Below, piece by piece: positions 25,385-34,657 of a stretch of 39,532 nucleotides of DNA. The position numbers and the translations under genes were made by a program. Under the pieces are notes generated by a model that did not search any database, was not told where the DNA came from, and saw only the letters and a program-made list of their open reading frames with translations. Each line of letters opens with the position of its first letter. The stretch's first letter is position 1. The DNA comes from Anaerolineales bacterium. GTDB lineage: Bacteria; Chloroflexota; Anaerolineae; Anaerolineales; Villigracilaceae. The DNA lies in the NCBI GenBank assembly GCA_035541395.1, contig DATKNJ010000124.1:1-39532 (forward strand), written 5' to 3'.

Positions 25385-26173
25385 CTAACCGATCAATTTA
25401 CCAATCAGATAAAGAGCCGGATAGAAGAAAATCCAAACCAAATCTACAAAGTGCCAATATACAGTGGCGGCTTCAACAGCCCAGTGCTTTTCCGCAGAAT
25501 ACAAACCGCGTCTCGCGTTTCGTAACACAACCAACAGAAACAGAACGCCGGTAAAAACGTGGAAAGCATGCATGCCGGTCATCATGAAGAAAACAGCGCC
25601 CGCCGTACCCGACGCTGGAGTAACGCCCTCTCGAATTGCGTTCGGCCATTCAACGGCAACTACACCCAACAAAAAGGCGACTCCAAGTAGCATCGTCAGG
25701 GTTGCATTGAGGAGGAAACTTTTCCGGTCACCGTGTTCCATCGATGTTTCGGCCCGATTCATGAAAAAGGATGAAACGAGCAAAACGGCGGTCACGGTCA
25801 GACCGAGGAACTGATTCAGCGCCGGACGCGTTGGCCCAAGCAGATAGATTCGCGTGGTCAGTAAACCGCCGAATACGAACGAGTCCGAAAGCAGAAACAG
25901 CCATAGACCGATTCGATTGGAAACCAACTTATACGCGTAAGAATGATGATCCGTTTCAGCTTCCACGGCGGTCAAGCGGTAAATGTGCATATAGTAATAC
26001 GCGACCAGCCCGGCCTTCACGATAGCCACGAGCACCAACAAAGGCGCACTATCCATCGTGAGGGCAATAAAGAACTCAATGCCTGTCAGTATCGCCAAGT
26101 AAATAAAAATCACCAAGCCTTGGCTGAGAGCTGAAGCTTTATCTTGCGAATGTGTCATTGAAGTAGAAGCCAT
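25385..26173 (-). CDS. ctaE: Cytochrome c oxidase subunit III with an N-terminal subunit IV-like (COX4_pro/CtaF-like) 2-TM module
   Basis: The C-terminal ~185 aa has the 5-TM subunit III pattern (IGLWLFLLSDSFVFGG ... GMHAFHVFTG ... YWHFVDLVWIFFY). The N-terminal ~75 aa (LVIFIYLAILTGIEFFIAL, LLVLVAIVKAGLVAYYYMHI) resembles the ..Q.G.QL.YFMH. motif of bacterial subunit IV. Confidence 0.75.
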   Translation of the reverse strand: MASTSMTHSQDKASALSQGLVIFIYLAILTGIEFFIALTMDSAPLLVLVAIVKAGLVAYYYMHIYRLTAVEAETDHHSYAYKLVSNRIGLWLFLLSDSFVFGGLLTTRIYLLGPTRPALNQFLGLTVTAVLLVSSFFMNRAETSMEHGDRKSFLLNATLTMLLGVAFLLGVVAVEWPNAIREGVTPASGTAGAVFFMMTGMHAFHVFTGVLFLLVVLRNARRGLYSAEKHWAVEAATVYWHFVDLVWIFFYPALYLIGKLIG

Positions 26174-26191
26174 GAGAATATCCTGCCCGCG

Positions 26192-28234
26192 TTATTCGCT
26201 ATCAACAAATTTAACATATTGGGACCCCGCCAACCCATAATCATACGGTTCGCCCACCACTTCAAACGGATGATCGTAATTGTGAGCTGGCATCGGCGAA
26301 GGAACCTGCCACTCTGGAGAACGTGAATTCCAAATGTTGCCGGTCGCCTCTTCCCCGTGCTTGATACTGCGGAAGAAATTGATCAAAAAGATGAAGACAG
26401 AAGCCGCGATCAGGAACGCGCAGATCGTCATCACGAGATGGTACCCATCGATATGCAGAGCCGGATCATAGTCCGCAATGCGGCGGCGCATTCCAATCAA
26501 GCCAACGCGCATCATCAGGAGAGTCAGAGTCAAGAAGGAAGGAGTCATCATCCAGAAGTGAATCTTCCCAAGAGTCTCATTCATGCGACGGCCGGTTGCC
26601 TTGGGGAACCAATAATAAATGGCCGCGAAAAACGGAAATACAAAGCCGCCGAAAATCGTATCGTGGAAATGTCCAACGATGAAATACGTATCAGTCAAAT
26701 GCAAATCAGTTGCAACAGTTGCATTTGGCGGGCCTGACAAGCCGCCCAACAGGAATACGACGATACCACCGACCACAAAGAGCATGGGGGTCGGCGTTTC
26801 GATCTTACCCTTCCACATGGTCGCCACCCATGAGAAGAACTTCACGCCGGTCGGCACGGCCACCAACAGCGTGCTGTACATAAATGGCACGCGCAGATAT
26901 TCGTTCATACCGGACGCAAACATGTGGTGCGCCCAAACAAGGAAACCAACCAGGGCAATGCCCAGCGAGGACATAGCGACCCAACGATAACCATAAAGGG
27001 GTTTGCGAACGAAGACCGGTATCAGCTCGGAGATCACGCCCAAACCGGGCAAAACAAACACGTATACCGCCGGATGTGAGTAGAACCAGAACAAGTGTTG
27101 GAACAGAATCGGGTCTCCGCCTTTGACTGGGTCGAAGAAGCCCATTCCCAACAGGCGTTCAAACATCACGAGTTGAAAAGCAAGGCCGATTAATTGAGTT
27201 GCGGTTGCAGAGATCAGAGATGTGGCGATGGCAGCCCATACAAAGATCGGCATTCGGAAAGCCGTCATACCTTTGGCGCGCATCCGCAATACTGTAGCCA
27301 GCACATTCAAGCCGCCTAAGATAGACGACCACCCCGCAAAGATCACACCGAGAAAGAACATCTGCATACCCACAGGAGCGCGGGCCGAGAGCGGAGGATA
27401 ACCTGTCCAACCAGTATCAAACCCGCCGAGGAAAAGACTCGAGAGCAAAAGCACCGCAGCTGGAACTGCAATCCAATAAGAGAAAGCGTTCAATCTTGGA
27501 AACGCCATATCCTGTGCACCGAGTAATAGCGGCACCACATAGTTGATCACGCCTGCAATGCCGATCAAGATCGAGATAATCATGATCATGCCGTGCAGGC
27601 TCATCAGCGTGTTGTAAATTTGCAAACCATTCTGGTCAAAAAGGTGAAGAGTAGTGGTCAGGAATTGCAAACCGGAATGTGCCAATTCGGTGCGGAAGAT
27701 CAAAGCAAAAGTGCCGCCAATGCTGATTAGCAAAAGTGAAGTCACCGTATATTGAATGCCAATGACTTTGTGATCGAGGGAGACACTGAAATATCTTTCC
27801 CAGCCGGATGGTTCCTCATGATGTTCAGAGGTTTCTTCTCCCATCGCCCATTTGAACCAATCATCTACAGCACCGACCCCAACCAGGAATGAAAGCCCGC
27901 CGACGAATCCTCCAAAGACCCAGGCAGGCTCGGTGAAAAAGAAATCGCCGAAAACATCCATTCCCAGAATGAAGCGGATCCCAGTTACAAAGAGCGCGCC
28001 AACGATAGTTCCAATGAGTTGAAACACCAAGCCGCGCGTAATCCAGCGATAGCCAATTAATCCGAAAAAGAACGATGAAACTCCGCCCAACAATCCGAAC
28101 AATCCGCCTACTGGAGCAGAGAAATTGACAGCTTTCATCACCAAAAAGTCAAGCGCAACGCCAATCACGTAGCCAATCAACGCGCCGATGAAGAGTAGTA
28201 ACAATCCCCGCCATAAAGGCTTGATATTTTTCAT
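26192..28234 (-). CDS. ctaD: Cytochrome c oxidase subunit I (A-type heme-copper oxidase) with a ~145-aa N-terminal membrane extension
   Basis: A strong SD precedes the start (GGAGGAatagagATG). The canonical core begins at LDHKVIGIQY (~residue 153). Core motifs are WFYSHPAVYVFVLPG, WAHHMF and GHFHDTI. The 680-aa total compares with about 530-560 aa for typical subunit I. Confidence 0.9.
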   Translation of the reverse strand: MKNIKPLWRGLLLLFIGALIGYVIGVALDFLVMKAVNFSAPVGGLFGLLGGVSSFFFGLIGYRWITRGLVFQLIGTIVGALFVTGIRFILGMDVFGDFFFTEPAWVFGGFVGGLSFLVGVGAVDDWFKWAMGEETSEHHEEPSGWERYFSVSLDHKVIGIQYTVTSLLLISIGGTFALIFRTELAHSGLQFLTTTLHLFDQNGLQIYNTLMSLHGMIMIISILIGIAGVINYVVPLLLGAQDMAFPRLNAFSYWIAVPAAVLLLSSLFLGGFDTGWTGYPPLSARAPVGMQMFFLGVIFAGWSSILGGLNVLATVLRMRAKGMTAFRMPIFVWAAIATSLISATATQLIGLAFQLVMFERLLGMGFFDPVKGGDPILFQHLFWFYSHPAVYVFVLPGLGVISELIPVFVRKPLYGYRWVAMSSLGIALVGFLVWAHHMFASGMNEYLRVPFMYSTLLVAVPTGVKFFSWVATMWKGKIETPTPMLFVVGGIVVFLLGGLSGPPNATVATDLHLTDTYFIVGHFHDTIFGGFVFPFFAAIYYWFPKATGRRMNETLGKIHFWMMTPSFLTLTLLMMRVGLIGMRRRIADYDPALHIDGYHLVMTICAFLIAASVFIFLINFFRSIKHGEEATGNIWNSRSPEWQVPSPMPAHNYDHPFEVVGEPYDYGLAGSQYVKFVDSE

Positions 28235-28251
28235 CTCTATTCCTCCGACAA

Positions 28252-29262
28252 CTACTTCAACGTCTTTATATAGTCAATGATGTTCGAAATTTGCTGATCC
28301 GTAACTCCGAGCGCTTGGGCATTGAACGACATCGGAGAGAAACCTTTTACAACCTGCGAGGCGGGTTGCAAGATCGATTGTTTGATATATGCATCATTTG
28401 CTGTAATGGTTGTTCCATCTGAAAGCTCAACTTTGGAACCATAAAGGCCAAACCAGGTGGGACCGATCTTCGGGGTTCCATCCACGGTGTGACAAGCCAG
28501 ACAGCCGAATTTGTTGACAAGCGCTTTTCCAGCATCTGGGCCGGTCGCGTTTAGCAGAGCCGCCGCGGCTTTTACTTGCTGTGCGATCCAGGTATCGTAA
28601 TCGGACTGCGAAACGACTACAACTGGAGCTTCCATATAAGAGTGAGCCGTGCCACACAATTCCGCGCAACGAACTTTGTACGAGCCAATCAACGTCGGCG
28701 TGATTCGATATTCGGTAATACGACCAGGCACAACGTCCTGTTTGATGCGGAATTCAGGAACCCAAAAAGAATGGATTACGTCGCTCGAATCCATTTGCAA
28801 ATCAACCTGTTTGTTGACAGGCAAATAAAGCTGGTCAGATGTGAATCCTTGAGGATATTCAAAATGCCAAGCCCACTGCATCGCGTGGACTCTTATAGCA
28901 GCCGCATTGGGATCGATGACGCGTGTCTCACCGAGTGTATACGCCCCTAAATATGCAAAGACCACAACGGTGATCAGCGGAATAACTGTCCAGGTAATTT
29001 CGAGTGCAGCATTGCCCTCGATATGCTCACCATCCGATGTATCCCCTTTCCTGCGGCGAAAAACAATCAGGCTGTAAATGAGCGGAACCATGATAAGTGC
29101 AAACAAAAAAGCGATCGCGGCCATATCCGCGTTCCACATCCAATCGACTGGGATTGACTGTGCACTGGCCTCAACCGGCATCAAATGAGATGCTTGTATA
29201 CCGTTGTATGTTAATACGGAAACCAGAATCACCAGAACCCCAATGATCACAAAATGTCGCAT
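28252..29262 (-). CDS. ctaC: Cytochrome c oxidase subunit II with fused C-terminal cytochrome c domain (caa3-type)
   Basis: It has two N-terminal TM helices. The CuA site reads HSFWVPEF ... CAELCGTAHSYM. The C-terminal heme c site is CLACH. An AGGAG SD lies upstream. Confidence 0.9.
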   Translation of the reverse strand: MRHFVIIGVLVILVSVLTYNGIQASHLMPVEASAQSIPVDWMWNADMAAIAFLFALIMVPLIYSLIVFRRRKGDTSDGEHIEGNAALEITWTVIPLITVVVFAYLGAYTLGETRVIDPNAAAIRVHAMQWAWHFEYPQGFTSDQLYLPVNKQVDLQMDSSDVIHSFWVPEFRIKQDVVPGRITEYRITPTLIGSYKVRCAELCGTAHSYMEAPVVVVSQSDYDTWIAQQVKAAAALLNATGPDAGKALVNKFGCLACHTVDGTPKIGPTWFGLYGSKVELSDGTTITANDAYIKQSILQPASQVVKGFSPMSFNAQALGVTDQQISNIIDYIKTLK

Positions 29263-29345
29263 ACTCTCGCTCCTGAAATTAGTGATTCACGCTTACAAAA
29301 GAAGGCTGCCCGAACGCCTCATCAGGCCGTGCATGGCAACGCCAT

Positions 29346-29374
29346 AATTTACCAAATTTCATTCAATTTGTCAC
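29346..29374 (-). promoter_or_regulatory. Possible promoter of the oxidase operon
   Basis: On the minus strand the pattern is GTGACA (29374..29369), a 17-nt spacer, then TAAATT (29351..29346) with an extended TGg immediately upstream. This is a pattern match only. Confidence 0.35.
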
Positions 29375-29418
29375 GTTTTTGAGTACAAAGAATATCGACT
29401 CGTGAAAACGCTAAAACT

Positions 29419-29892
29419 TTAAGCGGATTTTTCGTGTTGAAGCGCGCCTAAAACTTCGGCGCTATGCTCAGAAGGTCGGACCTGCTCGAAAACCTGTAAA
29501 ATCAAACCATCTGCATTGATCAGAAATGTGGTCCGTAAAACGCCTTCATACTTGCGTCCAGCAATTTTTTTCGGACCCCATACCCCATATAAATCACAGA
29601 CTTTATGATCTGCATCTGCAAGCAGGTGAAATGGAATTTGATATTTTGCTTTAAACTTTACGTGAGACTCAACTGAATCCGGGCTGACACCGAGAATAAT
29701 GACGCCGGCCTTCTCATACGATGAATAGTCATCGCGAAATCCACAAGCTTCTTTTGTACACCCGGGCGTATCATCAGCGGGATAAAAATAAAGAACAACC
29801 GGTTGACCCCGAAAATCAGATAAATGAAATGATTGATTCGTATCATCCAAAAGTTCAAAATCAGGTGCAAGAATTCCAGCAACAAGCGGCAT
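29419..29892 (-). CDS. bcp: Peroxiredoxin Bcp (thiol peroxidase)
   Basis: YFYPADDTPGCTKEAC carries the peroxidatic and resolving Cys residues spaced as in Bcp/PrxQ. The protein is 157 aa. Confidence 0.9.
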   Translation of the reverse strand: MPLVAGILAPDFELLDDTNQSFHLSDFRGQPVVLYFYPADDTPGCTKEACGFRDDYSSYEKAGVIILGVSPDSVESHVKFKAKYQIPFHLLADADHKVCDLYGVWGPKKIAGRKYEGVLRTTFLINADGLILQVFEQVRPSEHSAEVLGALQHEKSA

Positions 29893-29970
29893 TATCTCTT
29901 ATCCTCATATTTTTGGTCATTATACTCTTATATTGCGCTGCGTACAGTCAAAGTTCGAATTTCATATCAT

Positions 29971-30387
29971 TTAATTGTTATTCAAAGTACGAATGAAAGA
30001 AATAACTTGCCAGATCTGAGTCTGCGATAGAACGCCTTTCCAAGCGACCATGGCCGTACCCGGTCTTCCGGTGTTGATTCGCCAATTAAGATAAGCATCC
30101 GAAGCAGTTTGGCCTAATGCCGCAAGATTCGCCGGATGTGGAATCAGCGCCGACGCGGCTGGACCATCCCCTCTTCCCGCTTCGCCGTGACACGGCGTAC
30201 AGTTGGTTGCAAAAACTTTGGCTCCATCTGCAGAAGCATTTGCACCTAATGGATTAGTCAAGCCAGCATATTCAGTTGGAATGGCATCTGCTGGTACATC
30301 ATCCTGATTTTGATGTACCGTTGCCGTTCCGCAACTCACAAGAATCAGCGAGAGCAAAAACAGCAAAATAAATATGATATTCTTCAT
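29971..30387 (-). CDS. Class I c-type cytochrome, lipoprotein
   Basis: It has a signal peptide with a lipobox (LILVSCG), the heme motif CTPCHG, and an axial Met region (RPGTAMVAW). The protein is 138 aa. Confidence 0.85.
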   Translation of the reverse strand: MKNIIFILLFLLSLILVSCGTATVHQNQDDVPADAIPTEYAGLTNPLGANASADGAKVFATNCTPCHGEAGRGDGPAASALIPHPANLAALGQTASDAYLNWRINTGRPGTAMVAWKGVLSQTQIWQVISFIRTLNNN

Positions 30388-30506
30388 CTATATTATCGTA
30401 TTTAAGAAAAAGCAAATATCGAATCTGATTATATGATTCCCCTCAAAATATGTATAGAGTCGAGGCTGAATTCTAAAGTAATATTAAGTCTTCAACATCT
30501 CACACT

Positions 30507-30535
30507 AAAACCGCTATTTGAAAGACAGCGGTTTT
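30507..30535. terminator. Hairpin terminator downstream of the receiver gene
   Basis: AAAACCGCT (30507..30515) pairs with AGCGGTTTT (30527..30535) around an 11-nt loop. It lies directly after the stop at 30538. Confidence 0.55.
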
Positions 30536-30537
30536 AG

Positions 30538-30903
30538 TTAGAGAACTTTTGCTTTTTGCAGCGCCTTTTCCAAAGTATCGATCGTCACAGGTTTGATGAG
30601 CATCGCGACTGCCCCGCCTTTCAGCACACGCTGACGCGTCTCAGGCTGATCGTCCGATGTAATAATAACAACCGGAACCGATAACAAGCGCGGTTCACGT
30701 TTGAGATACGCCAAAATCTCCGTCCCATCCACCCCGGGCATATTGATATCCAACAACACCAAACCGGGTTTGTAATCTCGTAATAAGGACATCGCTGCGC
30801 TGGAACCATAAGCTACCTGACCAGGTATACCTAGCACACTTAGCATCTGCTGTAAGGCATCCGCCGTATTTCGATTATCATCAATGATCAATGCGTCTTG
30901 CAT
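30538..30903 (-). CDS. Stand-alone CheY-like response regulator receiver domain
   Basis: I chose the ATG at 30903, with a GGAGG SD. The track start at 30915 is a TTG. Acidic pocket IIDD, phospho-acceptor LVLLDINMPGVDG, ITSD and the conserved K in LIKP are present. There is no output domain and no adjacent kinase. Confidence 0.85.
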   Translation of the reverse strand: MQDALIIDDNRNTADALQQMLSVLGIPGQVAYGSSAAMSLLRDYKPGLVLLDINMPGVDGTEILAYLKREPRLLSVPVVIITSDDQPETRQRVLKGGAVAMLIKPVTIDTLEKALQKAKVL

Positions 30904-31033
30904 CTCGGCCTCCAAAGACTTTGTACCTGCATTTTAGTCTAGGTTTGAATTAACGTGTATCCCCCATAAAGTTTACAACGCAACTGCATTTAAAATGCAT
31001 GTGGGACTGCAGAAGAAAACCAGCGGACAATTG

Positions 31034-31909
31034 TCATCGCAGCCAAAACGTTAAAGTCAAAAAATACGCGGTGAGGCCAAAAACGGCAATTGCGGTGGCG
31101 GTTAAAAAGTCCCAGACTGGACGGCCGCCGAGAGCGATATTCCGCAATCCAACAATTTGCAAAATAGCAAAAGGCAGAGTCAGAAAGGCGGGCCACAGGA
31201 CGGTCAACGAGAAACCAAAAGCTGGTGCGGCAAGAAACGTAAGATAGGCAATGGCTATCAGCGCGTTGTGCAAAGGCACGGCGCGCTCCCAGCCGAGGCG
31301 AACCAACAAAGTCCGGCGATTATATTTTTGGTCCTGGGCGAACGACGGAAAATCCAACACGAGGAAACAGGCAAAGGCCAGTGAAGTCAGCGGGAAAACG
31401 ATCATGCCAAGCAAACGATGATAATCCGTGGCTTGCAGGAGGAAACCAATTGAAGGAATTACATAAGCCAGATGAATCGCCAGGATGAGTTCGCCAAAAC
31501 CGAGATTGACCAACCGCGCGGGCGGAACGCTATAGAGGATGGTCAACAATAAAGATAATCCCAGAAACAACAATGCGGACGGCGAGAGTAAACGGTTCAC
31601 GTACAACAAGAAAGCAATCACCGCCAACGCAGCCAGTGATGCAATCGAGAAGTACAACATCGCGTCATGCAGTGACTTTCGCTCGGCGATGGTTTCATCG
31701 GGAACGATCGGATCGGTGTTCGAACGATAGACTTCAGCCAACAATGACATTGTGGTCTGCGTCAGCAAAACACCAACCAGTCCAAGCCAGAATGAAACAG
31801 CATGAAAGGGATTCCCAAGATAGCGCGCCAAACCGAGGCCGAGGACATAAGTCAACGCGGCGAAGAGGATGTTGAGCGGGCGAGAGAGGCGAAATAGATT
31901 ACGAAACAT
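31034..31909 (-). CDS. UbiA-superfamily prenyltransferase-like membrane protein
   Basis: I chose the ATG at 31909. TTG 31918 is the track start. The protein has 8-9 TM helices and the N-terminal LSRPLN. The second Asp-rich region DFPSFAQDQKYNRRTLLVRLG is UbiA/MenA-like. The first motif region (RSNTDPIVPDE) looks non-canonical. Confidence 0.5.
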   Translation of the reverse strand: MFRNLFRLSRPLNILFAALTYVLGLGLARYLGNPFHAVSFWLGLVGVLLTQTTMSLLAEVYRSNTDPIVPDETIAERKSLHDAMLYFSIASLAALAVIAFLLYVNRLLSPSALLFLGLSLLLTILYSVPPARLVNLGFGELILAIHLAYVIPSIGFLLQATDYHRLLGMIVFPLTSLAFACFLVLDFPSFAQDQKYNRRTLLVRLGWERAVPLHNALIAIAYLTFLAAPAFGFSLTVLWPAFLTLPFAILQIVGLRNIALGGRPVWDFLTATAIAVFGLTAYFLTLTFWLR

Positions 31910-31951
31910 GGAACTCAAGTTTAATACGAAGACTGATTAGTGAGTATCAAA

Positions 31952-33061
31952 TCAATGACGTTTCAGATATAACTCTAATTTTTCTATGGCCTGCGGAAGA
32001 TTCTTACGCCCCAAGCCGAGGCGGAAATGATTCTCCGTTTCATCATACATCGAACCAGGCAAAAGGAGAACACCGGCTTCGTGCACAAGTGTATCGCAAA
32101 AGGATTCGATATCACCTTTCAATAATCGCGGAAAGGCCATCGAACCAGCTCGTGGACGAACCCAGGAGAACAGATCGGCGTGGCGCGCAAAGAAATCGTC
32201 CATCACCGCAAGATTATTTTTGATGATGCCAAGATTGCGCTCTGCCAAACGGGCGCGATGGCGCATGGCAAGTTCAGCCAAAAATTCGCTCGGCGCGCTG
32301 TTGCAAATCGTTGTGTAATCTTTCAGCGCAGCCATGCGCGCACAAATCTCGCGGTTGCGCGTGGCGATCCATCCAATACGCAAACCAGCGAGTCCATATG
32401 TTTTAGAAGTGACGCCGAGCGAGACCGCGTACTCCCCTTGATCGCAACCGGCGGGCAGACGCGTCGCAGGATCGTATTCCGATTCACGGTAGACTTCGTC
32501 AGAAAACAGCAACAGGCCGCGGTCACGCACGAAGCGATGCAGTTCATCAAAATCCGCGCGAGACATTAAATACCCGGTCGGGTTGTGCGGTGTGTTGACA
32601 ATGATCAATTTTGTGCTGGGGCGAACGAGGCGCGGCAATTCATTGAGATCGAGTCTCCAATTGTTTTCTTCCCGTGCCTGCCATAACGAAAGCTCGCATC
32701 CGATGGAACGCGCCACATCGGCCAGCGATTGATAACACGGCCAATGAACGATCACATGATCGCCTGCTTTGAGGACCGCGTGCATAAAAAGGAAGATGGC
32801 TTCGCCCGCGCCGGCGTGAACGAGGACATGCTCCGGTTGAATGGATTCATACATCGCTGAAATCGCGGTGCGCAGCGACAGGCCGCCCTGCGACTCGGTA
32901 TAACCCAACCAGATCTGTTGAAACTTCTCAGCCGCGTCCGGTTCAAAAGCAAGCAGTTCCGCGATGGGCATGGACTCACAATCGGAACTGCATAGCAAAT
33001 ATTCGGTGTTGAATTCGTATTTGGCGAAATAGCGTTCAAGCTTGAAATCGGGAAGTTGCAT
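31952..33061 (-). CDS. Class I/II PLP-dependent aminotransferase
   Basis: I chose the ATG at 33061 (MQLPDFKLERYFAKYEF). Motifs are NTPHNPTG and SLGVTSKTYGLAGLRIGW, which carries the PLP-binding Lys. Confidence 0.85.
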   Translation of the reverse strand: MQLPDFKLERYFAKYEFNTEYLLCSSDCESMPIAELLAFEPDAAEKFQQIWLGYTESQGGLSLRTAISAMYESIQPEHVLVHAGAGEAIFLFMHAVLKAGDHVIVHWPCYQSLADVARSIGCELSLWQAREENNWRLDLNELPRLVRPSTKLIIVNTPHNPTGYLMSRADFDELHRFVRDRGLLLFSDEVYRESEYDPATRLPAGCDQGEYAVSLGVTSKTYGLAGLRIGWIATRNREICARMAALKDYTTICNSAPSEFLAELAMRHRARLAERNLGIIKNNLAVMDDFFARHADLFSWVRPRAGSMAFPRLLKGDIESFCDTLVHEAGVLLLPGSMYDETENHFRLGLGRKNLPQAIEKLELYLKRH

Positions 33062-33102
33062 GATAACCTTTATCTTTGTCACAGAGTCGCGGAAACACAA
33101 AT

Positions 33103-33573
33103 TTATCTCAAAACTTTTTTCAAGTCGCGATAATGAATCTGATTGTGAATATAAACCATCTTGATCATCTCGCGCAAAGTGGTGACGCCCAAAAAAGGAT
33201 GTCGGCCTGTTTTTTCGAGTTCGGGTTCGGTCAGATTTGAAACGAACGCAATCATGTCGGCGCGCACCGCTTTGTATTTTTCCAACAAGCTCTGCGCGGG
33301 GAGTTCTTTCGTATGTTCCTGCTGACTGGCGTTATAGCGGTCGATGGAAAAATCTTCGGACACGCCGGAGCCGCCATCCCGAATGTTCGCGAACAATCGA
33401 ACGAAAGCGCGCTCGGATGTATAGAAGTGCGACAGTACGTTGCGAATCGTCCATCGCGAACCTTCGGTATAAACTTCAGTTTTCCATTGATCAGCGGTGA
33501 GTCCGTCAAAAAAGGACGCGAATCGTTCGCCTTCACGCTTTAACTTTTCGACAAGATCATTGATCTCAGACAC
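33103..33573 (-). CDS. DinB-superfamily (DinB_2/YfiT-like) protein
   Basis: It uses a GTG start with a GGAGGA SD. The four-helix-bundle pattern has conserved His residues (NVLSHFYTSE, YIHNQIHYRDL). The protein is 156 aa. Confidence 0.65.
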   Translation of the reverse strand: MSEINDLVEKLKREGERFASFFDGLTADQWKTEVYTEGSRWTIRNVLSHFYTSERAFVRLFANIRDGGSGVSEDFSIDRYNASQQEHTKELPAQSLLEKYKAVRADMIAFVSNLTEPELEKTGRHPFLGVTTLREMIKMVYIHNQIHYRDLKKVLR

Positions 33574-33606
33574 GGCAAACTCCTCCAGGCGACTTATATT
33601 GATTAT

Positions 33607-33644
33607 AAACAGAAACTCTTGCGCGGCATTCAGCTACGCAAGAG
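33607..33644 (-). terminator. Rho-independent terminator after the proline dehydrogenase gene
   Basis: On the minus strand, CTCTTGCG pairs with CGCAAGAG and TTTCTGTTT follows. A second GC hairpin, CGCCGCG/CGCGGCG (33673..33691), sits just after the stop. Confidence 0.5.
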
Positions 33645-33697
33645 TCAGAACAGAGATTCTCTCAGAAAGATGCGCCGCGTTGACCGCGGCGAGTCAG

Positions 33698-34657
33698 CTA
33701 TTCACGGAAGAAATTTGAAATAAAGAACCAAATGTTGGCAGGCCGTTCCGCAAGGCGGCGCATAAAGTACGGATACCAATGCGTTCCGAACGGAACATAG
33801 ACTCGCACCGGATATCCTTCATTTGCCAGTTGCTCTTGCAAATCGCGGCGAATGCCATACAACATTTGGAATTCCATGGCTTCTTTTGGCAGATTCACTT
33901 TTTCCGCATATTGTTTTGCAAACACGATTCGTTTTTCGTCATGTGTACCAAATGCAGGGATCGGCGGGAAGCGTCCGTTGTTGCCCAACGTCGGCGCCCC
34001 AGATGCCACTGCCGCGTCGATCATAATCTTTGCCAATAAATCATAGTTGGCGTCCACATCGGTCTTTTTTGGGAAAGCCTTATCGGCTGGTTCGTTGTAC
34101 GCGCCTTTGACGAGTCGAATCGGCGCTTTGTCGCCGAGCAAACGACGCGCGTCGGCCTCTGTGCGAAAGAGATAAGATTGCAATACAATGCCGACATTGG
34201 TAAATCCTTTGGCGCGCATTTTATAGAACATGTCAATGGTTTTGTCTGTGTACGGGGTATCTTCCATGTCAATACGGATGAACACATTGACGGATTTGGC
34301 GCGGGCGAGGATCTGCTCGAGGTTTTGCGCGCACAGGCCTTCGTCGAGGCTCAGACCGATTTGCGTCAGCTTGATGGAAACATTAGCGCGCGCGTCGGAC
34401 TTCCCAATCACATCGAGGCTTGCCAAAATGCTGTCAGTAGATTGTTGAGCTTCTTCGGGAGTGTTCGTATGCTCGCCCAAGTGATCGAGGGTAACGTTGA
34501 TATTGCGAGCATTCAATTCCGAGACTACACGGATGGCATCGTCCAGTTTGGTTCCAGCCACAAAACGGGAAGCAGTCCGCCAGGCGAAATTCCAATTCGT
34601 GACTGTGTTCTGTGCCCAAGCAGCTTGAGAGAGATAAATCAAAAATGAACGGAGCAT
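33698..34657 (-). CDS. Monofunctional proline dehydrogenase
   Basis: Motifs are LDHLGE, RIDMEDT, VLQSYL, RLVKGAY, FGTHDE, FQMLYGIRRDLQ and VYVPFGTHWYPYFMRRLAERPAN, which are hallmarks of the PRODH TIM barrel. Confidence 0.9.
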   Translation of the reverse strand: MLRSFLIYLSQAAWAQNTVTNWNFAWRTASRFVAGTKLDDAIRVVSELNARNINVTLDHLGEHTNTPEEAQQSTDSILASLDVIGKSDARANVSIKLTQIGLSLDEGLCAQNLEQILARAKSVNVFIRIDMEDTPYTDKTIDMFYKMRAKGFTNVGIVLQSYLFRTEADARRLLGDKAPIRLVKGAYNEPADKAFPKKTDVDANYDLLAKIMIDAAVASGAPTLGNNGRFPPIPAFGTHDEKRIVFAKQYAEKVNLPKEAMEFQMLYGIRRDLQEQLANEGYPVRVYVPFGTHWYPYFMRRLAERPANIWFFISNFFRE

